NCBI GenBank assembly: GCA_944390285.1
Contig: CALXPN010000001.1
Location: 210,413-274,412, forward strand
Reading direction: 5' to 3'
Source: an uncultured Clostridia bacterium
GTDB lineage: Bacteria > Bacillota > Clostridia > TANB77 > CAG-508
DNA: 64,000 nt
Shown here one piece after another: positions 31,950-42,470 of this stretch (positions are counted from its first letter, which is position 1; every line of letters begins with the position of its first letter). The notes below the pieces were generated by a model that made no database searches, was not told where the DNA came from, and worked only from the letters and a program-made list of their open reading frames with translations. The position numbers were made by a program, and so were the translations under genes.

Positions 31950-32823
31950 ATCCTAGCACCTCCATTTCATAAATGAACATTTCTTCTAAAGTAATTGGTA
32001 AAAAATCTAAAATTATTGGATTTAAATTTTCTAGTTTTTCTTTTACTTTTTCTTTTTCACCCTTTAAAATCAATGTTGCAACACTTCCAACTTTTTTGAA
32101 ATTTAATAAATTATATTCTTTAAATGTATCTTTATCAAATTCTTCTTTTAAAGATATTTGAACTTTAAACATATTTGTTTTAAGATTATTTACTTCGCTT
32201 TCAAATAATACCCCACCTTTATAAATAAGTGCTAAATTATCACATATATCTTCTAGCTCTCGCAAATTATGACTTGTCATTACTATTGTAGTTTCTTTTT
32301 TCTCCATTTGTTTTGCTATAATCTTTTTTAATAATCCTCTAATTACAGGATCAACACCATCAAATGTCTCATCAAAAAACATATAATCTGCATTTGTAGA
32401 AATTGCACAAATTAAGGCACATTGTCTTTTCATTCCTTTTGAAAAATTCTGAACTTTGGTATTTATATCAAGTTTCAAAATTTCTGCTAATTTCTTTAAA
32501 TACTCCATATCAAAATTTTTATACATTGAATTATAAAAATTTGCCATGTCTTTTAAAGTATAATTTGGAAAAAAATATAAATCATCTGGAACAAAAACAA
32601 GTTTTTGTTTAAGTTCTTGATTATCTAAAATAGTTTTTCCATCAATTTCAATGTTTCCAGAATCTGGTTTAAAAACATCATTAATTAGTCTTAAAAGTGT
32701 AGATTTCCCAGCACCATTTGCTCCAACAAACCCATATATAGAATTAGTATTAATAGTGCAATTTAAATTTTCTAATACTTTTTTATTTCCATATGATTTG
32801 TTTAAATTACTAATTTTAATCAT
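31927..32823 (-). CDS. ABC transporter ATP-binding protein
   Basis: GANGAGKST, FSKGMKRQ, MFFDETFDGVD. Confidence 0.9.
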   Translation of the reverse strand: MIKISNLNKSYGNKKVLENLNCTINTNSIYGFVGANGAGKSTLLRLINDVFKPDSGNIEIDGKTILDNQELKQKLVFVPDDLYFFPNYTLKDMANFYNSMYKNFDMEYLKKLAEILKLDINTKVQNFSKGMKRQCALICAISTNADYMFFDETFDGVDPVIRGLLKKIIAKQMEKKETTIVMTSHNLRELEDICDNLALIYKGGVLFESEVNNLKTNMFKVQISLKEEFDKDTFKEYNLLNFKKVGSVATLILKGEKEKVKEKLENLNPIILDFLPITLEEMFIYEMEVLGYEFNQVF

Positions 32824-32968
32824 AAAATCCCCTTTCTATAAATAGATCTACCTATTTATAATCTAAAACTTTTATTAAGTAAAAAATACAATTGTACTAT
32901 TTGTACTAGTACAATTGTATTTAAAAATATTATTTTTGTCAATATCATTTTTAATATTTTTATTTAAA

Positions 32969-34039
32969 CTAATCACATTTTTTACATATTTCTTTTTTAT
33001 AAGTCAATTCTCCCATTTCTCCAGTTGATACATACCCAGACTTTGATGAAAGCACATCAGGTATTCTATTTACTATACTTGCACAAGTAAGTTCAACAGT
33101 ATTTGGTTTTTCAACTGTTATAGTAGTTGTGGGCTCTCCTTCTACTGTCCATATATTTTTATCATATTCATCTGGAGCATATACTTTTCCTATACATTCT
33201 GTCTCTAATATTATTCCTTCTTCCGTTTCTGTTGTAACAACTGCACTCATTCCTGTAGCATCTCCTGATTTTATTGTCATTTGTAAAGTTGATGAATAAA
33301 TATCTTCTTTATATGTTTGAGGTACACATTTTTGACTCTGTCTTTTTACATGTAAATTTAATTTTTCGCATAACCATCCATTTACATTCCACATATATGA
33401 AGGTAAATATTCACCTTTTTCTATAATTTTTTGTCTTTCTTCATCTGGAATTTTATCAGCAGATGCTATTTTTTTATCAAATTCTGAAAGTGTAAGTCCT
33501 GCTCCATGTGCTTCTGCTAAGGCTATTCCATACTCTTCTACATTATAACTTGAACTACCTTTTATTTTTTTTATAGTTTGAGTAGATCCTGCAATAGATG
33601 TTACAAGTTGTCCCCAATAAATATCCTGATAACCACTTCCTGTGATAGTACAATTATTTTCTTTTGCAAGTTCATCAATTTTTTTAGTTAAAATAGGATT
33701 TGAATTCATTGGAAAAAATGCTTCTTCACAAGTTGTAATTGCATTTATTCCCATACTTGCACATAATATAAGAGGTTTTTCTAATTCTCCTATTAAACTT
33801 CTAGTTGTAACAACACATATGTCTGGTTTTTTCTCTTCTAGCAAAGATTTTGCATCTTTTGCATCAGTCACTTCTATTCCCATTTTTTCTTTTCCTAGAA
33901 TTTCTCCTATATCCTTTCCAACAATTTCTGGATTCACATCGATTGCACCAACTATTTCAATTCCTTTTTCTAACATATAGCGCATTGTATAAATTGCCAT
34001 TTTACCTACACCATACTGAATAGCTTTTACTTTTTTCAT
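32969..34039 (-). CDS. DapB-N-like NAD(P)-binding oxidoreductase (amine dehydrogenase / 2,4-diaminopentanoate dehydrogenase-like family)
   Basis: N-terminal Rossmann segment KVKAIQYGVGKMAIY. Size and layout resemble the DapB-related amine dehydrogenase family. Start set to ATG 34039, after AAGGAGAG. Confidence 0.5.
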   Translation of the reverse strand: MKKVKAIQYGVGKMAIYTMRYMLEKGIEIVGAIDVNPEIVGKDIGEILGKEKMGIEVTDAKDAKSLLEEKKPDICVVTTRSLIGELEKPLILCASMGINAITTCEEAFFPMNSNPILTKKIDELAKENNCTITGSGYQDIYWGQLVTSIAGSTQTIKKIKGSSSYNVEEYGIALAEAHGAGLTLSEFDKKIASADKIPDEERQKIIEKGEYLPSYMWNVNGWLCEKLNLHVKRQSQKCVPQTYKEDIYSSTLQMTIKSGDATGMSAVVTTETEEGIILETECIGKVYAPDEYDKNIWTVEGEPTTTITVEKPNTVELTCASIVNRIPDVLSSKSGYVSTGEMGELTYKKEICKKCD

Positions 34040-34112
34040 AATAATCTCTCCTTTCTTTTTTATTATATCCATAAATTATTTTTATATAAAAAGAACTTTA
34101 AGAAATAAATTC

Positions 34113-36524
34113 TTAAAGTTCTTTTTTAGACTTTGCACCTAATTTAACAAATTTTTTTAATTTTTCATGAACTAAATAATTTACTGTTCCTAATGGAAAA
34201 TTACCATTTCTATCTTTTTTTCCTGCTGGTACACCTGTTAGAATTTCTATTCCCTCATCTATTGAACTTATAGCATAAATATGAAATTTTGATTTTCTAA
34301 CAGAATCTATAATTTCATCATTTAAATGAAGATTTCTAACATTTTGTTTAGGTATAATAACTCCTTGTTCTCCATTAAAACCTCTTAATTTACATATTTG
34401 ATAAAATCCTTCTATTTTTTCATTAACTCCACCTATAGGTTGTATTTCACCTTTTTGATTTACTGAACCTGTAACTGCAATAGACTGATTAATTGGAATT
34501 TCAGACAAACTAGAAAGAAGAGCATATGCTTCTGTACTTGAAGCACTATCTCCATCAACTCCACCATACAATTGTTCAAAACATATATTAGCTGTTAATG
34601 TAAGTGGTATATCTTGGGCAAATTGTTGTCCTAAATATCCTGTTAATATAAGAACACCTTTAGAATGAGAAGAACCAGACATATCAACTTCTCTTTCTAT
34701 ATTTATTATCCCATCTTTTCCCATATATGTGCTTGCTGTAATTCTAGCTGGCTTTCCAAAAGAATAATCTCCAATTTTTATTACAGTTAAACCATTTATT
34801 TGTCCTACTTTAAAGCCTTCTGTATCTATTAAAAGAGCTTCCTCTTTTATCATTTGTAAATATCTTGTATCATATTTTTTTATTCTATCAATTCTTTCAT
34901 CTAATGCTTTTTGAATATACTCTTTAGAAATAATCTTCTTTTTATCTTTTTTTGCCCAAACAGAAGCTTCTCCTACTATTTCTCCTATTGCACTAAATTG
35001 TGTAGATAATTTTTCTTTATCACCTGCCATATTCGAAGTAATTTCTACAACTTTTGCCATTGCTTCTTTATCTAAATCCAATAAATTTTCTTGTGTGCAA
35101 AAGCTTCTAACAAATTTACTTAATCTTTCTATATTTTCTACTGTTTTTGGAGCATCCTCTTCAAATTCAACTTTTATTTTAAATAATTTTCTAAAATCCT
35201 CATCCATTGAAAGTAATGTATGATAAATATTAGAATTTCCTATTAACAAAACTTTCGCATTAAGTGGAATTGGTTCTGGTTTTAATGAAACTAATAACAT
35301 TCCACCTCTTTGTTCTGTCATATTTTCAATAGATAATTCTTTTATTAATAAAGCTTTTTTCAATGCTTCATAGCATACTGAATTTGCTAATATATCTTTT
35401 GCTTGAAAAATAATATATCCACCATTTGCTTGATGTAATAAACCTGGTTTTATCATCATATAATCTGTTTTTAAAGCACCATATTGATTCTCATATTCTA
35501 GTCCACCAAATATATTATAATATGAATAATTTGTATCCATTATAACTGGTGCACCTTCTAATTTACTATTATCTATAAATAAATTTACTCTATAATTAAG
35601 CCAAGGTTCTTTTTGTTCTGGTTTTTGACCTGCTTGATTTTGAGTAGTTTGAGTTTTTGGATCTTGCTCTGGAGCCAAAAAAGCATTTATATTTCTTAAA
35701 ATATCTTTTTTAATATTATCTAGATATGTTCCTATTTTTTTATTTCTTTTATAATTTGCTTTTATAGAATTAATATGAACATTTATTGTCATTAAAGCAA
35801 TATTTGATTGCCATTCATCTATTTTTTTCTCCGCTGCTTTTTCTATAAGTTTTATCTCAGATAATGCTTGGAAAATTTGCTCTTGTACTAAAGCAGACCT
35901 TTCTTCAAATTCCCTTTTTACATTTTCATCTAATTCTTCAAATTCATCTTCTGCTAGAGTTTTACCATCTAATACTGGCATCATATATACACCATTATCT
36001 GTAGAACTTACTTGAAATCCTTGTATCATTGTTTTTTGATTTAATTTTTTTAATAGATTTTCTCTTTTTTCTTCATATTCTTGTTTAATTATTTGTTTTT
36101 CTTTTTCAAAATCATCATTATTAAAAGTTTTTCTTAAATCTTTTCTAACATCTTTTACAAAACTTTCCATAGTAGATTTAAAAACTTTTCCTTGTCCTGC
36201 TGGAAAAGAAACTGCAACAGGTTCATTTGGATTTTCAAAATTATATATATATACCCAATCATTTGGAACCTTTTCTTTTTCAGCCTTTTTAGTTAAGAAT
36301 TTTTTAGTATACATAGTTTTTCCTACACCTGAAGGACCTTCTAGATATAAATTATAGCCTTTTATATCTATTTCTGTTCCAAATTCTAATGCTTTTATTC
36401 CTCTTTCTTGTCCATATATTAAATCATTTGTATCTACAAGTTCTTTTGTTGTTTCAAATTTAAATAAATTAGGGTTGCATACATCTTTTAAATCTTTTGG
36501 TGTTAGTTCATTTCTTTTTCTCAT
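34113..36524 (-). CDS. Lon-like ATP-dependent protease (AAA+ N-terminal, S16 Lon C-terminal)
   Basis: Walker A GPSGVGKT. C-terminal GGVDGDSASS (catalytic Ser) and VTGSVNQKGEIQPIGGVNEKIEGF. Confidence 0.8.
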   Translation of the reverse strand: MRKRNELTPKDLKDVCNPNLFKFETTKELVDTNDLIYGQERGIKALEFGTEIDIKGYNLYLEGPSGVGKTMYTKKFLTKKAEKEKVPNDWVYIYNFENPNEPVAVSFPAGQGKVFKSTMESFVKDVRKDLRKTFNNDDFEKEKQIIKQEYEEKRENLLKKLNQKTMIQGFQVSSTDNGVYMMPVLDGKTLAEDEFEELDENVKREFEERSALVQEQIFQALSEIKLIEKAAEKKIDEWQSNIALMTINVHINSIKANYKRNKKIGTYLDNIKKDILRNINAFLAPEQDPKTQTTQNQAGQKPEQKEPWLNYRVNLFIDNSKLEGAPVIMDTNYSYYNIFGGLEYENQYGALKTDYMMIKPGLLHQANGGYIIFQAKDILANSVCYEALKKALLIKELSIENMTEQRGGMLLVSLKPEPIPLNAKVLLIGNSNIYHTLLSMDEDFRKLFKIKVEFEEDAPKTVENIERLSKFVRSFCTQENLLDLDKEAMAKVVEITSNMAGDKEKLSTQFSAIGEIVGEASVWAKKDKKKIISKEYIQKALDERIDRIKKYDTRYLQMIKEEALLIDTEGFKVGQINGLTVIKIGDYSFGKPARITASTYMGKDGIINIEREVDMSGSSHSKGVLILTGYLGQQFAQDIPLTLTANICFEQLYGGVDGDSASSTEAYALLSSLSEIPINQSIAVTGSVNQKGEIQPIGGVNEKIEGFYQICKLRGFNGEQGVIIPKQNVRNLHLNDEIIDSVRKSKFHIYAISSIDEGIEILTGVPAGKKDRNGNFPLGTVNYLVHEKLKKFVKLGAKSKKEL

Positions 36525-36637
36525 TCGTATTTTTTCCTCCGCATAAATCTTCTATTCAAATTGATTTTATATCAAACATAAAAATAATGCAATTATTATT
36601 TTCAAAAAAATATATTTACTTTGACATAAATTTATTT

Positions 36638-37072
36638 TTAAAATTTTTTTCTCATAATAATTGCATTATCTATACCATTATAATATTTCTTTCTAAAACC
36701 TATTTTTTCAAATCCAAATTTTTCATATAAACTAATTGCAATAATATTTTTTTCATTTACTTCTAAACTTATATATTCTTTTTCTATTTTTCTTGATATT
36801 TCTATTATTTTATCTAAAAGTAATTTTCCTATACCTTTTTTTCTTTCTATTTTTTTAGTAACAATATTCATAATTTCTATATCATCAGGAAATACTTTTA
36901 TTCCTGCAAAACCTACTATTTCTTCATCTTTTTTTGCTACTATATATATAGAATCTTTACTTTCTAATTCACTTTTTAATATAGATGGTTTCCAAAAATC
37001 GTCAAAATCTTTTTGTAAATTTTCTTTTATTTTTTCAAAATCTTCTAAATTCATTTTCTTTATTTTTATCAT
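36638..37072 (-). CDS. rimI: ribosomal-protein-alanine N-acetyltransferase (GNAT)
   Basis: GNAT acetyl-CoA motif RKKGIGKLLL; position directly downstream of tsaB. Confidence 0.75.
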   Translation of the reverse strand: MIKIKKMNLEDFEKIKENLQKDFDDFWKPSILKSELESKDSIYIVAKKDEEIVGFAGIKVFPDDIEIMNIVTKKIERKKGIGKLLLDKIIEISRKIEKEYISLEVNEKNIIAISLYEKFGFEKIGFRKKYYNGIDNAIIMRKKF

Positions 37073-37081
37073 TTTATTTAC

Positions 37082-37759
37082 CTATTTATTTTTCATTCTT
37101 TCTGCTTGAGATTTTCTTAAATATATTGGAACTAATGTATCTGCTGTATATAAATTATCTTCTAAAAATTTTTTATACCCTATTTTTCCAACATTTTCTG
37201 CTGTTTGATTATTATTTTCTACAAATTTTACATAATTTAATTCTTTATTTAATAATTCTTTATGTAATAAAGCTCCATTTCCTACACAAATTATTTTTTC
37301 ATATTTTTTTATATCATTAATTATTACATTTATATCATCTGCAAAATATTCTTCTTTTTTATTATAATTATTATCAAATATCCCACAATATACTTGATTA
37401 TTTCTCGCATCTATTAAAGATACTATACTTTCAGAATCTTCGATTTTTTCTACATTTTTTGCAAGTGTTTCAAGTGAAGTTACAGAAGCTATTTTTATAT
37501 TTAATATTTCTGCAATTGGTTTAATAGTTGCAACACCTATTCTTATTCCTGTAAAAGAACCGGGGCCAGTACAACAAGCAAGCATATCTATATTTTTTAT
37601 ATCACATGAATTTCTTTTTAATAATTCATCTAATAAAGGCATAAGGTTTTCTGAATGTGTTTTCCCATCATTTATTTCGTTTTTATCTATTAATTTATCA
37701 TTTTCAAGTAATGCTACTGAACATATCGCACTTGAAGTATCTATTGCTAAAATCTTCAT
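37082..37759 (-). CDS. tsaB: tRNA t6A biosynthesis protein TsaB
   Basis: MKILAIDTSS, CTGPGSFTGIRIG. Confidence 0.85.
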   Translation of the reverse strand: MKILAIDTSSAICSVALLENDKLIDKNEINDGKTHSENLMPLLDELLKRNSCDIKNIDMLACCTGPGSFTGIRIGVATIKPIAEILNIKIASVTSLETLAKNVEKIEDSESIVSLIDARNNQVYCGIFDNNYNKKEEYFADDINVIINDIKKYEKIICVGNGALLHKELLNKELNYVKFVENNNQTAENVGKIGYKKFLEDNLYTADTLVPIYLRKSQAERMKNK

Positions 37760-37945
37760 AAAATTTATTCCTTTCGTGATTTATCACTATTATTCTACAA
37801 CATATGTTTTATTTTGTAAATGTTTAAATAATTTGTTTTTTATATTAAAATTGACCTTTTTCAAAAATTATGTTAATATATTATTGTAATTAGGTGTATG
37901 ATACACTCAAAACTCATAAAAAAACAACAAGGAGGGTTCAAAAAA

Positions 37946-38527
37946 ATGAGTGAATTTATTTTATTTCCTTCAGAAACTATGGAGGAAAAATTACGGAAAG
38001 TAGAAGAATATCAGGAATTTCTTCTAACTCTTGAAGAAGCAAAAAACATGGACGATTTAAGAAAGATGGAAGATTTAGCTTCAAAGACTAACAAAGAAAT
38101 CATCTTTCTTACGGATTTCTATTTATTAAATGATTTTCTTAAAGAGAAGTTCGGCATGAATATGAATGATTTTTTTGAGGAATATACATTCCTTTATCTA
38201 GATGAAAAGCTTCCTCTTTTTCAGGCGTCCAGAAGAGTCATTTGTCTGTTTGAAGAACAAAAAACTGATAGCAATGCCATCTCCGAACTAAAAAGAAAGC
38301 TCTTGAATTTTCACGAGAGCAAAATCGATATAATAAATTATGGTCCTTTGCATATACACAATAGTGATATAAGTTATTTCATATTGCGTAAAGCAAATTT
38401 CAATATAAGTAAAAATAAGTTGCCAAAGGGCTTTACATTTTCAAAAAATCGATTTAACTTTTTTGTTTCTTCAAGCAGTCAGTGTGATTTGACTGTTGTT
38501 TATGAAGAAAAGGATAAAGAGCCCTGA
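37946..38527 (+). CDS. hypothetical protein inserted in the tsaE-tsaB-rimI operon
   Basis: ATG at 37946 preceded by GGAGGG and followed by its own terminator. No recognisable motifs. Visibly less AT-rich than flanking genes. Confidence 0.6.
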   Translation: MSEFILFPSETMEEKLRKVEEYQEFLLTLEEAKNMDDLRKMEDLASKTNKEIIFLTDFYLLNDFLKEKFGMNMNDFFEEYTFLYLDEKLPLFQASRRVICLFEEQKTDSNAISELKRKLLNFHESKIDIINYGPLHIHNSDISYFILRKANFNISKNKLPKGFTFSKNRFNFFVSSSSQCDLTVVYEEKDKEP

Positions 38528-38547
38528 CCGGCTCTTTGTCTTTTTTT
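38516..38547 (+). terminator. rho-independent terminator of the inserted ORF
   Basis: Stem AAAGAGCC/GGCTCTTT enclosing the stop codon, followed by T7. Confidence 0.8.
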
Positions 38548-38549
38548 AC

Positions 38550-38975
38550 TTATTTTTTTAATATTTTTATATTTCTCTTATTCTCATCTTCTAAATTCCT
38601 TGAAAATTCAATTTTTATATAATCTTGTGGTAAAATCTCTTCAATCATTTCTCCCCATTCTATTATACAAACACCTTTTTCAAAATATTCTTCTCCACCT
38701 ATTGCTTCAAACTCATCAATATCATTTAATCTATATAAATCAAAATGATAAATATTAAGTTTTTCTGTTATATATTCATTTACAATAGTAAAAGTTGGAC
38801 TAGAAATTTCATCTTGTAAATTAAAAAAACTTAAAATTCCCTCTGTTAATTTCGTTTTTCCAGAACCCAAATCTCCAGATAGAATAATTATATCACCTTT
38901 TTTTAAATTTTTAGCAATTTTTTTCCCAAGTTCAATTGTTTCATTTTCCGAATTCGAAATTATATTTATTTCCAT
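38550..38975 (-). CDS. tsaE: tRNA t6A biosynthesis ATPase TsaE
   Basis: GDLGSGKTKLT Walker A, SPTFTIVNEY, HFDLYRL. Confidence 0.9.
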   Translation of the reverse strand: MEINIISNSENETIELGKKIAKNLKKGDIIILSGDLGSGKTKLTEGILSFFNLQDEISSPTFTIVNEYITEKLNIYHFDLYRLNDIDEFEAIGGEEYFEKGVCIIEWGEMIEEILPQDYIKIEFSRNLEDENKRNIKILKK

Positions 38976-39117
38976 TTTACTTCCTTTTCATATATAAATC
39001 TATTATATTTGAATTATATAATACTTCTTTTTTATTTTCAATTATAGTATAGTATTTTTTTATAAAATATAGTATTATTTATATAATTAATATAATAAAA
39101 TTAAATTGGAGAATAAA

Positions 39118-39741
39118 ATGCTTATAAGTCAAGATTTACAAAAATATCTAGAAGAAAATATTTTGCCACAATATACTAGTTTTCAAAATGGTCATGATTT
39201 AGAACATATCAAATATGTAATTAATAGAAGCTTAAAATTCGCAAAAACAATTCCTAATATTAATTATGATATGGTATATACAATTGCAGTATATCACGAT
39301 TTAGGATATGTTGTTGATAAAAAAACACATGAACTAATTTCTGCTAAAATTCTATTAAAAGATAATAATCTTGAAAATTTTTTTAATAAATCTCAAATTA
39401 AAATAATGGCTGAAGCTATTGAAGATCACAGAGCTTCTTCTAATCACGAACCAAGAACTATTTATGGAAAAATTGTATCTAGTGCAGATAGAAATAATAC
39501 TGTTCTTCAATGTTTACATAGAACTCATGCTTTTTATAAGAGTAGTAATCCAAATGCCTCAAATATGGAATCATGTGAAAATTCTTATGATGTTTTAAAA
39601 AGAAAATTTGGTTTTAATGGTTATGCTAAATTTTATTTTAAAGATGAAGAATATGAAAATTTTCTTTCTGAAATAAGAAAATTACTTAATAACAAGAATG
39701 AATTTATAAAACGATTTTTTAAAGAAAATAATCTTAAATAA
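39118..39741 (+). CDS. HD-domain phosphohydrolase
   Basis: HD signature AVYHDLGY plus EDHR. ATG 39118 follows GGAG. Confidence 0.7.
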   Translation: MLISQDLQKYLEENILPQYTSFQNGHDLEHIKYVINRSLKFAKTIPNINYDMVYTIAVYHDLGYVVDKKTHELISAKILLKDNNLENFFNKSQIKIMAEAIEDHRASSNHEPRTIYGKIVSSADRNNTVLQCLHRTHAFYKSSNPNASNMESCENSYDVLKRKFGFNGYAKFYFKDEEYENFLSEIRKLLNNKNEFIKRFFKENNLK

Positions 39742-39751
39742 ATAAGAAATC

Positions 39752-40222
39752 TTATTTATTTAAGATTATTTCTAAAACCTCTTTTGGAACATATTTTGAA
39801 ATATCTTTTCCATATTTTAATAATTCCATAACAGAACTGGAACTTATATTTCCGAACTTTCCAGCTCTAACATATACCGTATCTAGACCTGATATATCTT
39901 CATTAATTAAAGCTAGATTTTCTTCATATTCATAATCCATTCCATTTCTTATTCCTCTTACTAAAAAAGTGCAATTATTTTCTTTTGCTACATCTGTAGA
40001 TAGTTTATCATATATTAAAATATTATAATTTGTTATATTTTCTCTATTCAAAACTTTTTCAATTGCAGTTTTCATTAAATCTCTATCGAATCTATTTTCC
40101 TTTTTATCATTTATACCTATTCCTATTACAATCTTATCAAATAATTCAGATGCTTTTTTTATAACATGTAAATGACCATTTGTAAATGGATCAAAACTAC
40201 CAGCATAAAAACCTATTTTCAT
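39752..40222 (-). CDS. coaD: phosphopantetheine adenylyltransferase
   Basis: GSFDPFTNGHL, RGIRN and ISSS motifs. Confidence 0.9.
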   Translation of the reverse strand: MKIGFYAGSFDPFTNGHLHVIKKASELFDKIVIGIGINDKKENRFDRDLMKTAIEKVLNRENITNYNILIYDKLSTDVAKENNCTFLVRGIRNGMDYEYEENLALINEDISGLDTVYVRAGKFGNISSSSVMELLKYGKDISKYVPKEVLEIILNK

Positions 40223-40230
40223 ATTTTCTC

Positions 40231-40491
40231 TTATTTTAATATTTCTGAAAGAACTGGTCTTACAATATCCTTATTAGTTTCAACATAAATATTATCATCA
40301 TCTGAAATCTTTAATAATAGTAATTTAGATTTATCTGTTATAACTGTCTGTTTACCTACTTCTTTAAATGGTGCGACTAAAATATATTGTTCATTATCTT
40401 TCACAGTTTCACCAATTACTATAACTGTATCCATTACTTTATTATCAAATTTTAAAATACTTCCTTTTTCATATTTCTCGCTCTTAGCCAT
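40231..40491 (-). CDS. hypothetical 86-aa protein
   Basis: ORF tightly packed between coaD and the upstream paralog gene; no recognised motif. Confidence 0.5.
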   Translation of the reverse strand: MAKSEKYEKGSILKFDNKVMDTVIVIGETVKDNEQYILVAPFKEVGKQTVITDKSKLLLLKISDDDNIYVETNKDIVRPVLSEILK

Positions 40492-40496
40492 ATTAA

Positions 40497-40976
40497 TTAT
40501 CCTTTCTTAAAAAATATTGATTTTATTTTATTAATAATTTTAGAAATAAAGCTCTCTTTTTCTATTTCTATTAAAGCTTCTTGAGTTTCTGATGATAAAT
40601 TATTTTCAATTTTTTGAGATTTTAAATTGTTATTTTCAAACAATTTTTCATAAGAATATTTTTCATTTAATTCTTTTTCTTGCTGTTTTAATTTTTGTTC
40701 ATATTTGCTTATATTTTCTTTTATTTTTTCTCTTTCTTCTGGTGATGCAATAGAATAATAAACATAAACTATAAAATCTTTTGTTTTTTGAGAAATTTTT
40801 TGATTATTTAAATCTTTTGTTTTATCATATACAAATTCATATTTTCCATTATATGATTCCACTAAATCTTTTATTTTATCTGGAATTTTATTATAAATAT
40901 TTCTATCTAATAATTTAAATATTTCTTTTGCTTCCATAAGCATTCTATCTTCTTCTTGAGTAACTTGATATACCAT
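40497..40976 (-). CDS. hypothetical helical protein, paralog of 42471-42917
   Basis: Start at ATG 40976, after GGAGGAAAG. Shares the pattern YNKIP.KI....E......F.YD..K.L..Q..S.....I......Y.......E..KI and YxxxxLFxN with the ORF at 42471. Confidence 0.6.
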   Translation of the reverse strand: MVYQVTQEEDRMLMEAKEIFKLLDRNIYNKIPDKIKDLVESYNGKYEFVYDKTKDLNNQKISQKTKDFIVYVYYSIASPEEREKIKENISKYEQKLKQQEKELNEKYSYEKLFENNNLKSQKIENNLSSETQEALIEIEKESFISKIINKIKSIFFKKG

Positions 40977-40995
40977 TTTTTCTTTCCTCCGTATT

Positions 40996-42363
40996 TTAGT
41001 CTTCTCTACCAGAATCTTCTTTATCATTCTCATATATAGTCTTACCAAAAATCGAAACTTCTTCTATATCTTTTCCTTGTGTCCAACATTCTACAAATTT
41101 TCCAATTCCAAATATATTTTTAGATGTAGTTTCTATTTCAGTAATTTCGTCTGCAGTAATAGCAGTTATTCCAGAACCTACTTGATGTCCTTCTTGTAAT
41201 TGTAAATCTGTATCATAATCCACAGATATATAAAATTTATCTGATTTTTCCCAAAATTTTACAGGTTTTCCAAAAATTTCTGTTTCTATAACATAATCTT
41301 TAACTGTTGTTCCTTCAGCTGGAGAAGTTTCTTCAAATAACATTTCTGGATTATCAAGCACTCCAAGTATTGATCTTAAAGAACTTTCATCTCTTTCTAG
41401 ATTTGATATTGCTATCATATATTCTGAATTTTCTAATCCTGCAACATCTGTTTCAAATTCACTTCTTTCATCTCCACCATCTTTATTAAATGCATCTACA
41501 GACTTTTGACTGTACTGTTTATATAAATCATAATTTGTTGTATATATACTTATTTCTTCTGATTTAGCTGATTTTATTGTTTGTATAGCTTCATATTTTT
41601 GAGAATCAGTAGCATTCGAATCTTCTAAAATCTTTTGGGCTTCATGTATAATCTTTTGTTGTTCATCAAATGATTTTGTTATTTCTTCAATTTTTTCCTC
41701 TTCTGCTATTCTCGATTCATCTGTTGAATTTTCTAAATATTCATTAACACCTTCACGTGTTCCATTATTTTCTGCAATATATTCTGCTCTTTGATGTTTT
41801 ATAAGAATACCTGGATTTGGAATTACTGATGATGGTATCATCACTTCTCCGTCTTTAAAGCTAGTTAAAATGATATCTGAAACTTCATCTGTCGCTTTAT
41901 AGTCACTAGGAGTTACAATTTCATCTGTAGTTACTACTTTAGTTGTTGCTATAGCAGATAATATTAATCCTGCAGCTATAACTGCTGATCCAATTTTTAC
42001 AGCTTTACCTATCCATGGTGGAAGTATTTTAGTTTTTTTATCATCTTTTTTTTCTTCATCATTTTTTATTTCATCATTCTCTGTTGGCTCACTTATTGGC
42101 TTTTCAGATTCAGTAGTTATTATTGGAACATAATCCACTTCTCCAGTATGTCTACCTTCATCACCGCCATTTTGTGGTTTTTCTTCTATTATATGTTCTT
42201 CTGGCTCTTCATTAATAGGAGTATGTATAATTTCTTCTCCATTTTCTATAACCATTGCCTCTATGTCATCTATAGTTTTACCTCTTGGAATTTCACCAGA
42301 AATAATAAATCTTATACCTTTCTGCTTTTTTTTAGTATCTTTTAATATATACCCTTTTTTCAT
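40996..42363 (-). CDS. single-pass membrane protein of unknown function
   Basis: Acidic N-terminal ~125 aa, one TM helix (VKIGSAVIAAGLILSAIATT), then a ~310-aa C-terminal domain. Confidence 0.6.
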   Translation of the reverse strand: MKKGYILKDTKKKQKGIRFIISGEIPRGKTIDDIEAMVIENGEEIIHTPINEEPEEHIIEEKPQNGGDEGRHTGEVDYVPIITTESEKPISEPTENDEIKNDEEKKDDKKTKILPPWIGKAVKIGSAVIAAGLILSAIATTKVVTTDEIVTPSDYKATDEVSDIILTSFKDGEVMIPSSVIPNPGILIKHQRAEYIAENNGTREGVNEYLENSTDESRIAEEEKIEEITKSFDEQQKIIHEAQKILEDSNATDSQKYEAIQTIKSAKSEEISIYTTNYDLYKQYSQKSVDAFNKDGGDERSEFETDVAGLENSEYMIAISNLERDESSLRSILGVLDNPEMLFEETSPAEGTTVKDYVIETEIFGKPVKFWEKSDKFYISVDYDTDLQLQEGHQVGSGITAITADEITEIETTSKNIFGIGKFVECWTQGKDIEEVSIFGKTIYENDKEDSGRED

Positions 42364-42470
42364 ATCTTTTTTTCTCCTATGTTTTTAATAAATTTATTAT
42401 ACCATAAAAATTATTTTTTCAATAGTTTTTTAATAATTAAATTATTCTAATTTCATCAGCTTAGAAATAA

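Noticed and set aside
34113-36524. Lon-like protease as a BREX BrxL-type defence component
   Set aside because: No other BREX genes (pglX, pglZ, brxA/B/C) are in the window. The gene sits among housekeeping genes, so it is more likely the common clostridial Lon-related protease.
40976-41048. 53-nt overlap between ORFs 40497-41048 and 40996-42363
   Set aside because: This is an artefact of the longest-ORF call. An internal ATG at 40976 with GGAGGAAAG upstream removes the overlap and aligns with the paralog's N-terminus.
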